DNA from: Kipferlia bialata
Taxonomy: Eukaryota
Length of the DNA: 46,688 nucleotides
Assembly (NCBI GenBank): GCA_003568945.1
Contig: BDIP01000017.1
Location: 1 to 46,688 of the forward strand
Reading direction: 5' to 3'
Positions 1-13,500 of the stretch are shown one piece after another. Within the stretch, counting starts at the first letter, position 1. Every line of letters starts with the position of its first letter. A model generated the notes under the pieces. That model had not been told where the DNA came from, did not search any database, and was given only the letters and a program-made list of their open reading frames with translations. A program made the position numbers and the translations under genes.

Positions 1-38
<38 letters not shown>
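1..38. repeat. poly-G homopolymer at window start, followed by (GA)n
   Basis: 38 consecutive G seen directly; probably a contig end or low-complexity intron tract. Confidence 0.9.
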
Positions 39-39
<1 letters not shown>

Positions 40-361
40 GAGAGAAAGAGAGAGAAGTTCACCACTGAATCCTTCTAGATATGGCTAGACTCCCGTGCTA
101 TGAAAGAGGTAATGATAGGTTGCGCGCATCTATACAAGAGAGGCGGTATAGTGGGATAGAGGGACACATCATTCTCTCCCTCTATCTCACTCTCAGAACA
201 CCATTCTCTACACCACAAACAATACACACACTACATGCACACATAAGTCCGACCAGCACATGTATGAGTAACCAAGAAAGAGTACATATAAGTGACATCA
301 GTAGTCACCATGATCCATATACTGGAGGTCACCACAGAGCGTATCCTCTACATATATCTAC

Positions 362-419
362 CTGGTGGATGTGCCCTCTGTAGCTCTGCATAGTAGGCAT
401 CCACGGCCTCCTCTGCCAT
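362..419 (-). CDS. probable first exon of a gene continuing off the window (MAEEAVDAYYAELQRAHPP...)
   Basis: ATG at 419 (minus), 58 nt of open frame, then a GTAGA donor; lies ~130 nt downstream of the stop of the giant gene. Product unknown. Confidence 0.4.
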
Positions 420-548
420 CCCTCGCTAATGTATCAGAGAGAGAGAGGTCATATTAATAGCTAATGACAGCCAAAGGTGATTGTCGGATATGATTCGGAT
501 TTTCAGAGTCATGTAGACTCTATTCGAGCCACTATTACACACATTTAT

Positions 549-3500
549 TCATATCCCTCTCTTGCCCTGGACAGGTGACAACCTTACTATGTCATGTGGT
601 GGTAAGGGGGCAGAGCGACCCGGAAGATTCACATGATTCCCACCTCCGCCTCCGCCTCTTATACTTGGTGGAGGTGGGGGACTGCGACGCACCATATGGC
701 CACTCTCCCCCTTGCTGCCTGGGTATGGGGTGAGGGCACTACCAGGAACTGCCTCTATGGGGGCATCATGATGCTTCTCAATGGGTGTCTGTGCTCTCTT
801 CTGTCTGCAGTATAGATACACCCCACCAATACACACAAGGACACCAAGGATAGCGGCACCTGCTACCAGTAGGAGTGGTATAGAGGGTGTATCACCACCA
901 GTACCGGGTGGCACAGGTACAGTAGGTGCCTCAGTGACTGATATCGATGAGACTGCCACCCCAGTGAGCCAAGCCAACCCGGCATTGGAGGCCGTAACAT
1001 GGAGTGTATCCACACCTAGGGGGAGGGAGACAGGGCATGCCTCTGCCTCCCTCTCAGTGTCGCTGTACACACTGCATGTGGACACAAGCTCCATGTAGGA
1101 TATGTCTCCACTCTTCCTGGCATACACACTGAGCGTGGTGTCACTGTCTGCTGACAGGGCAGTGGCGTCCAGGGTGTTAGGGCTCCACACATACTCTAGG
1201 TCGAAGGGCGTGTCCTCAGCCACAGAGACAGGCAGGGAGAGAGAGAGACTCGGGAGGGAGAGGGGTGTGTCCGTGAAGGTGACTGATCCTGAGACAGCGT
1301 AGCTAGAGGAGGTGGCGGTTGTATCTACATCCTTGGCCTGTGTCTGTGTATCAACTGCACCACACTCACCCTCTGCCTCTCTGACAGCCAGGGAGTACAC
1401 ACCACTGTAGTATACCACCCCAGCTGTGTCCCACTCATACACACCAGTGCAGGGTAGGCAGGACTCCAATACAACGGTGTCAGCACCAGTGCCTGAGGTG
1501 AGATAGCGGTGGATAGAAATTGGAGACATATAGTTACGTGTATATGTACTAGCACCGCTACCTGACACGAGGGCCAGGTCTATGTAGTCTGTGTCCAATG
1601 CTGATACAGCATACATGACGGTGACTGTCTCTGCTACAGGTAGCATAGACCCAACAGGGGGTGAGTACACATAGACTGGGGGATCACTCACACACGCAGT
1701 CTCCCACTGCTGTGTGCCATCCTCTAGGTAGAACACTACACACATGTCACCAGCTGTGACAGGTACGTTGAAGGAGAGAGAGAGAGAGTGGGTGGAGAGG
1801 GTCCCGTCCTTGTAAATAGAGACAGACACACACCCGTCAGGAAGGGATATCTCTGACCCACCCACTAGGCATGTACCAGTGGATGTGTCTAGGAGAGGGG
1901 TAGAGGTAGGGGCAGTACCAGAGAGGAGACTCACAGAGGTACTTGCACACACACCCTGAGTGGCAATGTCGTCATCTCCATCAAACACCACACACAGCCT
2001 GTACTCTCCCTCTGCAGGTGTGGCTGAAGGGTCTAGGGAGAGAGTGGCGTGCCCGTGGTAGGACCCACCCTCGGGTATAGAGAGAGAGACTGGGTGGAGG
2101 GTGTCGACAAACGATGAGGCGTCCCCAGTCTCAGTGAGTATAATAGGGTACAGTGCCGCCCCTGCCACCTCCCACTCTGTAAAGGGTATGGCAGAGGGAC
2201 GGGACTCCCACCACGCAACTTGGAGTGTACCCTCCTCCACATACACTGAGGAGGGGGCTGATACATACCGGAGTGCCCCTCCATAGGGCACAGAGACCTC
2301 TGATAGGAGAGAGTCCGTAGAGGCTGAGGGTGAGGCATGGCCGAAGGCACCCAGCAGCACCTCTCCCGCCGTCTCACATCTGACATAGGCTAGGGAGAGA
2401 GTGGTATCGGTGGGGTCAACAGCCACTGTCTGGCCCTCAGTGTAGCCAGAGAGAGAGTGCCTAGCTGCCAGGCAGAGGGTGTTACCAGAGGTGGCGGTGT
2501 CTATATCGTGCAGGGTGAGTGGTACAACCCCACACATCTGGACTGAGACACTGTCAATAGAGATGGGTGCTAGGGACTCAAGGGGCACGGAGACGGGGAG
2601 GGAGAGATATGCTGAGTCCGCCGCACCCTCTAGATACAGCACACTCTCTGCCCCTGCAAGTGGGGCCAGCCCTCCATACACCCATATACACCGGTAGGAC
2701 ATGGATGAAAGTGTGGCAAGGAGGGTGTCACTCTCGTCCTGGTCCACCAGAACCCACTCACATGGGACAGCCTCCCCCTCACCCTCTGCACCTGCCACCC
2801 TATGCATGAGGGCAGGCGGGGTGGCACTGTATCCATTGACTGTGGCAGTGAGGGTATCACCAGTGTGTATGGAGGCACTACCAGTGGGGAGGGTCATTCT
2901 CAGGGTTGGTCTTACATACTGCACAGAGACACTCTGATACAGACCAGAGGCCACCACTCTAACTGTCAGTGCCACAGATACCCCATCAGTCATGGGTGTG
3001 AAGACAGAGAGAGAGGCTGGGCTAATGTCAACCTCTCTGACACCGGATACAGTGGCAACCCTCGAGCTATTCACATACACGTCGTAGGTGCCAAACGCCC
3101 CATCTGCGCTATCCGTCTCCCATGAGAGTGTATGGGTGGCGCCATCGAGTAAGATACCAGTTGTAGATGTGTCTGTACCACTGTATAGAGTGTCCCCATC
3201 AAGTGTTACAGTAGTCACTACAGTTGATGTTGTGTCTGAGGCTGTGGGGGAGGGTATGTGCACGCTGTTGAGGTAGCTAGACACAGCCCGGTACTTGGGG
3301 GAGAGAGAGGCGTCCTGGCCGGTGTACTCAACCAGGCCCCAGCAGCCATACACGGAGCACATGCCTGGGGTCAGCCCATTGCATACATAGTATATAGCAT
3401 ATACATACATAGTATGTATATGCATCAGAACTCTATTCATACATACTTCATGTACTGGGAGCACATGCCTTGGGTGAGAGAGACCAGGAGGAGTATAGAT

Positions 3501-6500
3501 ATAGAGACATCAAAGTTCAGAGTATGGTAATGAATAACCTGAATGCCCATGTAAAGGAGGATCAGTAGGGACATATCAATGTACCTGTTGATGTGAAGTG
3601 CATCTGCAGTGATATCCCGTGGTCGTGGTTGGCCTCTAGTATCCCATAGTACACAGCCTCTAGCCTATCATCCTGAGTCATGGCCTCAAAGAGCTCTAGG
3701 GCACCGAGGGTGCGGTAGGTCTGGCCCTGTATTGTAAGACATATGTATATATATATATATATATTTGGCTATCATATCAAATTCAACACTACATACTGAT
3801 AGTGCGGTAAGTCTAACCCTGCATGGTAAGACAGAACCATAGGAGACACTGAATAAGACTTATACATACAGAGAGACACTTATGCTTATCGATATATTCC
3901 CTTAGACTAGAGATTCAGGTACACACCTCTATCATCGCCTGCTCTACAAATGCCGGTCCCCCCTCGTATGTGGCCAGGGCCATATCGTATGACAGGGCAA
4001 GGGTGTAGAAGGCATCGATGTCTGATAGGTACTCATCCTGCCACCCAGTCGACTGGCACTCAGCCATGGCAGAGTCTGGGGTGAGACACTAACAACTGTA
4101 TATAATTAATATATATATGTACTCATGTGTATATATATATATATATATATAAATATGTATATATATGTTCGTATATATACACTCAGCCATGGCAGAGTCT
4201 GGGGTTAGCTCCATATATACTATAAACATATATGTATATAAGGTCTGCCATGCGACAGAGTCTGTGGGGTTAGTATCTAATGACACTATATATCACAATG
4301 ACTATATATACAATACATACACCAACGGCCATGGTGCATGTGGGATGGGTTAGACTGCTGTATACCCATATGTACTCATATATGTATATAATACAAAAAA
4401 TATATATATCAGAAGTCCTATATATATATACTCGGCCATGGCAGAGTCTGGGGTTAGACTCCAACAACTGTGTATAATACAATACAAATATAAGAATATA
4501 TATATATATATATATTTAGATATACTGAGTCATGGCAGAGTCTGGGGTTAGACTAATACTAGTGACTCTACACAACACAATGTATATACATAGAAACACT
4601 TGCTCTACGCACCTATGTCCAGGTTGAGCAGTCTTGTGATCTCTGTGCTTAGACCCCCACAGTCCCAGTAGCCTGAAGTGTAAGGGCAGAGAAGGTGAAA
4701 GTAAGGGGTATACTTATAGGCATGCCCAAGAATATACAAACCCACCCCCTGTGGCCAGCATGTCTGCCAGTTCACCAAGGGATGCACTCATGGATGGGCC
4801 CTGGTAGGCAAGCATGTCGGTGGTGTATCTGGGGTTAAGAGTGTCTAATACAAGTATACATATATATATATATATATATATACATGAAAAGAGTAGGCTA
4901 GCATGTCGGTGATATCAGTGGTGTATCTGGAATGAGAGGCAGGTAGAGTATTCATACATACACGGATACTAATACCATATAATAATACAGTGTATGAACA
5001 TATCCACCCCATACCTCATCAACCACCCCGGCACCAGGTTGACGAGTCTAGAGGCAGAGTCACCCCACAGGTCAGAGAAGATGGACCAGACCTCGCTACA
5101 CCTGGGGTCAGTACATACCATATGTATATACATGATATATATACTCTATATGTAAACGATACGGAGGAGGCAGTTTACCCACCTCACTGCCGTGTATCTC
5201 TGCCTGGCACACATGCCAGTGCATGGTATATATATATATATAGTGTATAATAGTATATAGCAGACTGATGATACCTCACAGCCGTGTATCTCTGTCTGGC
5301 ACACATGTCTGTGCCATAGTAGCAGGTGGGGTCGGTGGTGTAGGACCCGTCCTCCTGGGGGTGGGTATCTAGAAGAGACACGCATATGTATATATACATA
5401 TATATAATATTACACGTATATATAGAATCTTGATGATATATGTACTCTATGTGGTGTAGGACCCGTCCTCCTGGGGGTGGGTCTTTAGACATGACTTATA
5501 AAGAGCTATCAACAATAGTCATATATACAGTAATCACATATACCCACATACCTGCACAACAGTGTCTACTAGCCCCAGTCTCACTCCCTCTGCCTCGGCC
5601 CATTCACCTAATGTTAGGTACTAATATACCATAATTAACAGAGGTCTATGAACGATTGTGTCAAAATGATAGGCACATAGTACATCGAGTAGTTGAACAG
5701 TAGAGTGCAACAGTATCTCAGTGTCCACTAGTACTGACCTGCTGCCGTGGAGTCATTCAAATACATACCCTCCTTGATTGACTATTTCATTACATATTTC
5801 ATATATGCATATACAATACTTACATATATACATATATATCATGTATCAATATCACACCTGCTGCCGTGGAGCCATTCCAGTTCTCATTGCCCACACCCTC
5901 GAGATACACCTGGGGTCAGAGGAATACAGAGGAGAAGATACTGATGATAATCAGATTGAAGAGAGAAACGTTCTGAACATTTGTCTAGAAATGGTTCTTA
6001 AGAGTAATCTACATATCTATATCCACCTTAACGTCAGGCCTGAGTCCATCCCTCAGCATCGTGGCTGCCCCTCTGATGTATGTGTCATCTGACGCATAGG
6101 GCAGAGTCAGCCACAGGTCAGCACCTAGGGGGTTGGAAAGTACCCTCATGATATGTATATCTATGCATTAATCTATGCAATTCTGTATACTACTATAAGT
6201 ATCTTACCATATGGTTCATTCTAATCATGAATATATGATTTTACATGTCTATCCACCTGTTCTGTTGATGAGGTCCACTATCAGCTCGAGGCTCATCCCA
6301 TATCTCTCGTCCCTCCAGTCTGTGGTGTGTCGGGTGGCCCAGGTGGACTGGGCCTGGGGTTAGACCACAAATAGATATAGAAAGATATAGAGAAATGATA
6401 ATTACTACAATTACAAAAATTATATATGTATACCATCATATATTTGTATATTTATCACCTCGTCTATGTATGCAAGTTCGTTAACTCCCAATATCAAAAC

Positions 6501-9500
6501 CACCTCAGAATATATATATATATACATATATTGATAATTAATACATATATATATATACCATCACTCAATACCTCATCAATGTATGCCAGCCAGTTCATGA
6601 CCCTGATGGCCCCGAACTGACCCATGTACTCCAGATAGGCAGGGTGCCAGGGCAGGATGTGGTACCTAACGATAAGTACTACATGTATATATATATACTA
6701 AGAATACATATATACTAAGAACTATATGCCTATATATCTACAGGATGAGATACCGTAAGCCTCTCACTCACTCAGGGTAAAGGAGTAAGTGATTCCATGC
6801 GGAAGAAAGCGAAGAAATGAGTTTGGAGTGTGAAAGGAACAAATTGAATAGAATACTAGTAGATACTAAACAGCATATATGAGTCGAACCTGTCCTCATA
6901 CCCCGCCATGACCACCCTGATGTTCCTCAATGGGTCATCGGGGTTGGTGCGGGTAATGGTCAGGAAGAGACCGTTGTCGTCATCCTGGGGGGGTGAGAGC
7001 CTTATAGGTATACACACGCACACAAACACCCACCCACATATGCATATATAGATCCTCCTGGGGACTGAGAGGGGGTAATGGGGGTACACATATATACACT
7101 ACATACAGGCATGTGTATATATATTTACACCTCCGATGCTGTGTACTGTATGGCCACCACCCCTGCCCTGTATGACAGGAGTGATGCATCCTCTCTCTAT
7201 ATATACATGTATTCATATAGGTATAGACATATATATATACACTCTATATATATAAACTATCATCTATGTCCTTACCTCTGATGCACTATACTGTATTGTA
7301 ACCACCCCTGCCCTGTATGAGAGGAGTGATGCATCCATGCCCACAGTCAGGGTGCCATCGCCATCGTACAGGATGGTGTACTGGCCTAGGCATGAGATAG
7401 AGATTGGTAGTACCTATACCAATCTTACAGTTATCAAGGGGATGGTGAACAGGCCTGGAGAGACGGATTATGAAGAGAGAGAGATTAATGTACTCATAAC
7501 AAGTACAATACATATGATCTACAAGCACACCGTCTTCAAAGGCCATGTGTGTGTCCCTCAGCATCAGCGTGCTGACCACAACACCCTCAGGGATGTAGGT
7601 GGGGTGGCCCTGGGGGGTGAGAAAGAAAGAAAGGTAGGTACGTAGTTACACGATACTTCAGTCGCGTAAGAACACAATGTACCCACCATTGTTGGGTGGT
7701 ATGTGACCCTCTCGTCCTCTGTGTCCCACTCATAGGTGGGGGAGAGGACCCACCTGTGGGTGAGAGGGTGTTAAAAGATGTATATATATAGACGGTACAT
7801 CATAGTGTGTGATAGGTGAGGGACAGGACCCACCAGGGGGGGTTAGGTAGGAGGGTATATATAGAACAAATATCCATATGTCAATATATATATATATATA
7901 TATACAATATCCCTCACTTGTTATCCTCCTGTGTCACCCACTGCCTGGCTGTCATGAACAGATCAGAGACAAACTGCCTGGCTGTCATGAACAGGTCGGA
8001 GAAGACAGACTCGGTGGACCAGTCGCTGATGCCTACAATTAGGTACAAGCCCCTGGTGACACATGTGGATATACGTATGTGTAGACACACAGGTCATACC
8101 TGACACGTTCATGCCCAGTCTCCTGATGATACAAGTATATACAAGTGTATACATGATCTAGAGATACTACATACAATATATAAGAGGATGTGTCTAATCG
8201 CATCTACCTGACACGTTCATGCCCAGTCTCCTGTCCCCCATGTTGGGTGCCCACTCACCACCGGCCAGACACCTGGGGGGTTAGGTATACATATACCTAC
8301 ATATTAATATATATATATATATATATATAACAGGTACTATACTATACTGACACCGATGTTGGGTGCCCAATCACCACCGGACAGACACCTGGGGTAATCG
8401 GTTAAACTCTGCAAAGATACAGGCTTACAATACATGTGAAACGATGACCATGTACCCCACCCACCTGTCCCCCCCATACCCTGCCCAGCAGACACATGCC
8501 CCATCTATGCAGTCCCCATAGACACACGAGGCAGAGCAGCCTGGGGTGATGGGGAGATAGTACTGCATACCAAATACAGAGCGGACTGAACACACATGTA
8601 TTACTGTATGTATATTGTGAATGGAGACACATACCTGCAAGACCCGGCCCACTGCACTCTGCCTCTCCCTCACAGTCCCACACACACTCATGCAAAGAGG
8701 CGTCATAGACATAGCCTGTGTCGCACACACATGATGAATTGTCGGCTGAGCACACGCCGTGGCCATTGCACCCACAGTCGATCTGGGGTGAGGATACATG
8801 TAGAGGTGTCAGGAGGACTCATTTACAACAGCGTGTACTAAGGCAAAGAGGGTATTTGCACACTTATGCTCGGTACCTCGCATGTGTCACCGGAGTACCC
8901 CTCATAACACTCACAGACCCCAGGGTCAGTACAGGTACCGTGATAGCCACACCTACCCTCACACACTGTGGGTGAGACACATCAATACATGCAAAATGTA
9001 TACATACTCTAAGCATACACACAGGAAGGGTGAGAATGGGACCAACAGAGAGAGTCACGTCTTCGTTCCTGCACAAACCTTATACCCACCCACATATATA
9101 TATGTATATATACATACGTATACCTGGCTAGTGGTACTTGTCACACTCGTATTCTGTGCCACAAGTACACACACATCTATATATACACAAATATGTATAT
9201 ACACAGCGTCTATATGCATATCTATGTTTCTACCTGGGTAGTAGCACGTGTCCCCCTCGTAGTCTGTGCCACAGGTACAGACCTCATGCACTAGGTACGG
9301 CTCATCTGATCGGGTAGAGAGGGTGATGATGGTATCATGGCACTCACAACAACAGTATACTGTAGTATCTGTATGTATATATGAGTGTGTATGTGTGTGT
9401 ACCTGTGGACGGGCGTGACTGCACACACTCCTCACACGAGTAGCTGCAGTAGTCATACACAATGTTCCTCAGTTCACAGCTTGTCACGCCCTCTGTGACG

Positions 9501-10472
9501 GTAACCGTGTACCCGTAGTCACATGCCACAGTCCCGTCCGTCAGACACTGTCCGTGTGTCACATCACTGTCAGCACAGGTAGGGGTAGGGGGTATGTACC
9601 CACTGTCAGAGAAGTATGTCTCGATGGCAGCCTCTTTGGATGAGACAGAGTGTGTGTCAGAGGCTGGGTGTGAGACATATGCAAATAGAATGGAGTAATA
9701 CAATATACGCATAGGAAAGGTGGTGCATGTCGATGTTAGAGAGAATGCTGTGTGGTTCCAGTACTTCCAAATATATACTATTCATATACAGAATTTGTAG
9801 CCACCTGTGTTCAAGGCCCATGGGAACCCACTTGTACCAAACTGCACTACCAGGTCTAGGTGGTCCTGAAGGAGGGATGTGTAGCTGGAGGTGGGGAATA
9901 CGATCCGTTGTAAGGGAAGAACAGAACCTAATAGTAGAGTATATGTCTATTACAGTACATGTCATGTCTATAGAGATCATATAGTATTGAAGGGTGGTGT
10001 ACCTGGGTGTGAGGGGGGATAGATGATAGGAGCCACTACAACGAAGACATGTAGTAAGTAGAGTGATACCTTAGCAGTACATCCCCCATCCTACTATCCC
10101 TGTGCAGTGTCTGTGCCACATCCTCATCAGTGTCATCGGCCATGGTGAAGGAGACAGCAGACTCATACCTATTGTGAGGGTAATATATATCAGTATCAGT
10201 ATCACCATATATACACGTTTATACATGGTGAAGGAGACAGCAGACTCATACCTTGGGTGAGGGTAATATGTATCAGCATCAGCATCACCATATATATACG
10301 TTTATACATGGTGAAGGAGACAGCAGACTCATAGCTGCAGAGTGAGTGGACAAATGTATGCTTCAGCTTAATCATACTTAGAGAGTGAGGGGGCAAAGTA
10401 ATACACATACCAACACACTTCACATTGAGGATAATAGTGCACACATATACACGTACGATATGAGCCTGGAAC

Positions 10473-10503
<31 letters not shown>

Positions 10504-13500
10504 ATATCCGTACGATATGAGCCTGGGTGTGTGCCCCGTGGCCTGTGCCATCTCATCCAGCAGAGCATCGTGCTTGGCCTGGGGTTAGCCATCTACTGTA
10601 TTCTATATACTAAATACTATATAGGATATACTATATATCTCATCATACCACTCATCTCTATGCTGCCCCCTAGATAGGGGGCTAGGGCCAGTGCATCAGT
10701 GTTCAGCCAGAATACATGGTCAGAGAGGCAGTAGTCACCAATCGTGTAGTCAGCTACGGTGACATCGCCAAACATCTGCAGTGAGAGGGAGGGAGACAAG
10801 AGGTGTCACTAGCTATCAATACCCGCACCCTAATCCTTCCCATACTACATTCACACATATACATATATATATATACATATATATATATGTGTGTGTGTGT
10901 GTGAGCCACACTGACGTCACCAAACATCTGCAGTGCGGGGGGGGGGGAGACAAGAGGTGTCTATATACGCATGCGCAAGTCCCAACCTTGTGATTTACCT
11001 CTAGATATATATATATATCCCTACCTTCTTCCACGGCCACACTGTCACTGCCTGACCCGCTGCCACCCTGACCAGTCTGTCTGTCTGTCTCTCTCTCTCT
11101 CAATATATATATGTGTGTACATATCTATATATATACCTTCCTCCAAGGCCACACAGTGACTGCCTGTCCCGCTGCCACTCTGACCAGTCTGTCTCTGCTG
11201 CCAAACACAGACTCGAAGATGGACCACACCTCAAGGCTGGGAGTAAGTATAATTACAGCGTGATCTCACTGGTTGGTATATGTACACCGGTATCATACCT
11301 TCTCATAGCATACCAGCACAGCCCCATCTGCTGCATGTCGTCTGAGAGCATCCACCCATGCACTGTCTCTATGGCCTCATCATCTATGAGGGGTGTACCG
11401 TCCACCCTGCTACCCTCAGAGGCAGCGTAGATGGCACCGGGGAAGTATCCTGGAGTTAGAGCCTCTGCTACGCGATGTGCATAGCATTACAAGATTTAGA
11501 CCTAAAGCTACGCGATGTGTGATTTACTACACGATACATTACCTGTCCCCCAGACCTCGTTGGACAGTTCAATGTACATAGAGACATCGGGCCTCAGGTT
11601 ATCACGCAGATATGTGGCAAACTGGGTGACATACCTAGGGTGAGAGAGAGTGAGGGGTCAACACCGTGAACAATAAGTGTATCTCCAAGGTGATTATGTC
11701 CAATAAATCAGACTACCCACCAGTCACTCCACTAGTGGTCTACATATACTAACGCTTATGCTTATAGGTTCCTATATATGTACATACTGTATTTACACAT
11801 ACATACTGTTACTACACCCACCCGTCACTCCACTTGTGGCCTATGTTGACCCAGGGGTCGGAGCCTAGGGTGTTGCAGATGGTCACAATCTAAAGGGGTC
11901 AGATATGTCATAGAGTTCATACATACGATACATATATATACATATATATATGATGCAGATGGTCAACATCTAAGGGGAAAGAGTACATGGGTCGGCATAT
12001 ACGCTGTAAAACTTCCTATCTATACCTGCTCCACGGGTATCCCCCCCTCTGTCCATGTGTAGAAGGTGTCTCTCTCTTCTCTCTGTCTCTCTCTCTCTCT
12101 CAATATGTATATGTATATCTATACCCATACCTGTTCCACGGGTATCCCCCCCTCTGTCCATGTGTAGAAGGTGTCCCTGGCCAGCCTTGTCTCCCAGTCA
12201 AGGGGCACTCCATCAGAGTCATAAGGAGTGGCGGCATCAACACCATCTACACCCTTTAGTTAGAGATATACAGGAGAGAGAGAGAGAGAGAGTCATGGGG
12301 GGTGGCATCGTCAACACCATCTGCATTTTGGTATTAGAGTAGAAGACAGCAGAGAGAGGGGTAGAGAGGGATAGTCATTAGAGTGACAGCATTCCCTCCA
12401 TCAAGTCCCTGGGTTGGCTGGGAGGCTAGGTTAAGAATTGGAGGTATTAATGGAGAGACCGTGTATATACTTTGTGACGCATACAAGCATCCCTACCTGC
12501 AGCGGGTCTGTCTCCACATCGTGGTTGGTGACCATCAGATCCATGAACCTGGGGGGGTTAGGAGGCATAGAAAGGGGATAAGAGAGGGCTCTAGCAGCTA
12601 CACTACTACGTCATACTAATCAGGTCCATGAACCTGGGGGGAAGAATAGGAGGGGTAGCATAGATACGTATGGATAATGATAAATCAAAATGTGATTAAC
12701 AATGTACACCATTACCTCCGCACCCTGTATCTACATGTATATATGTGTAATATGTATGTGTGTACAGTGGTGTAAGTGCATACCTCAGCACCCTGTATCT
12801 CCTGAGGTAGTCCAGCCACTGAGTGCTCATGGGCTGGGACACATAGAGACACTCGTCATGCTCACTGGGGTCAGGGAGAGTATGGTCCGGTAGAGTTTCT
12901 TCTATGTATGTATATATAGACATAGTATAGTAGAGATGCTCAAACTATACGCACGTATAAATCCAGACACTATTCTTGCTCCCTGGCATCAGAGGTAGAG
13001 AAAGGGATGATTGGGTGATGGATAGGTAGAGAGTGATATACATATCATCTGTTGTGGACATGGCAGAGACTACACCATACATGAGCAACTCAATGGCTTA
13101 CACACATATATGGGAACGCAGTAGACATATACAGCTACCAAACTAACCACACGCGTACAAAAATTCACACAGGGTTACCTGACCACCACAATGTCTCTGA
13201 TTGGATCCTCCGGGTCTGTTCTGTTGATGGATATGTGCAGTCCATTGTTGTAGTCGGTGGAGCAGGTCAGCTCAATCACTATCCTGCAGAGTGAGTGGCG
13301 GATTCATATATATATATATGCATGTAAATACAGTCACACCTATATCCATCTACATGTATATATCCCCCTTACCTTCCTGGCCTAGCCTCCACAGGTGCAT
13401 CGAAGTTGAAGTACACTTATACGTACATACTACATACTGTATATATATATGTATTATATATATACATCCCCCACCTTCCCGGTCTGGCTTCTACAGGTGC

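Noticed and set aside
1..38. Telomere or functional G-quadruplex at the window ends
   Set aside because: These are pure homopolymers rather than telomeric repeats, and cannot be distinguished from contig-break or sequencing artefacts.
3365..3464. N-terminus of the 971-aa ORF (MLPVHEVC...)
   Set aside because: This is intron read-through; the true exon begins after CCCCAG at 3364 and joins upstream exons.
4058..4552. Interspersed repeats resembling a CRISPR array or MITE family
   Set aside because: The unit equals the adjacent exon start, is confined to this one intron, and has no terminal inverted repeats or target-site duplications.
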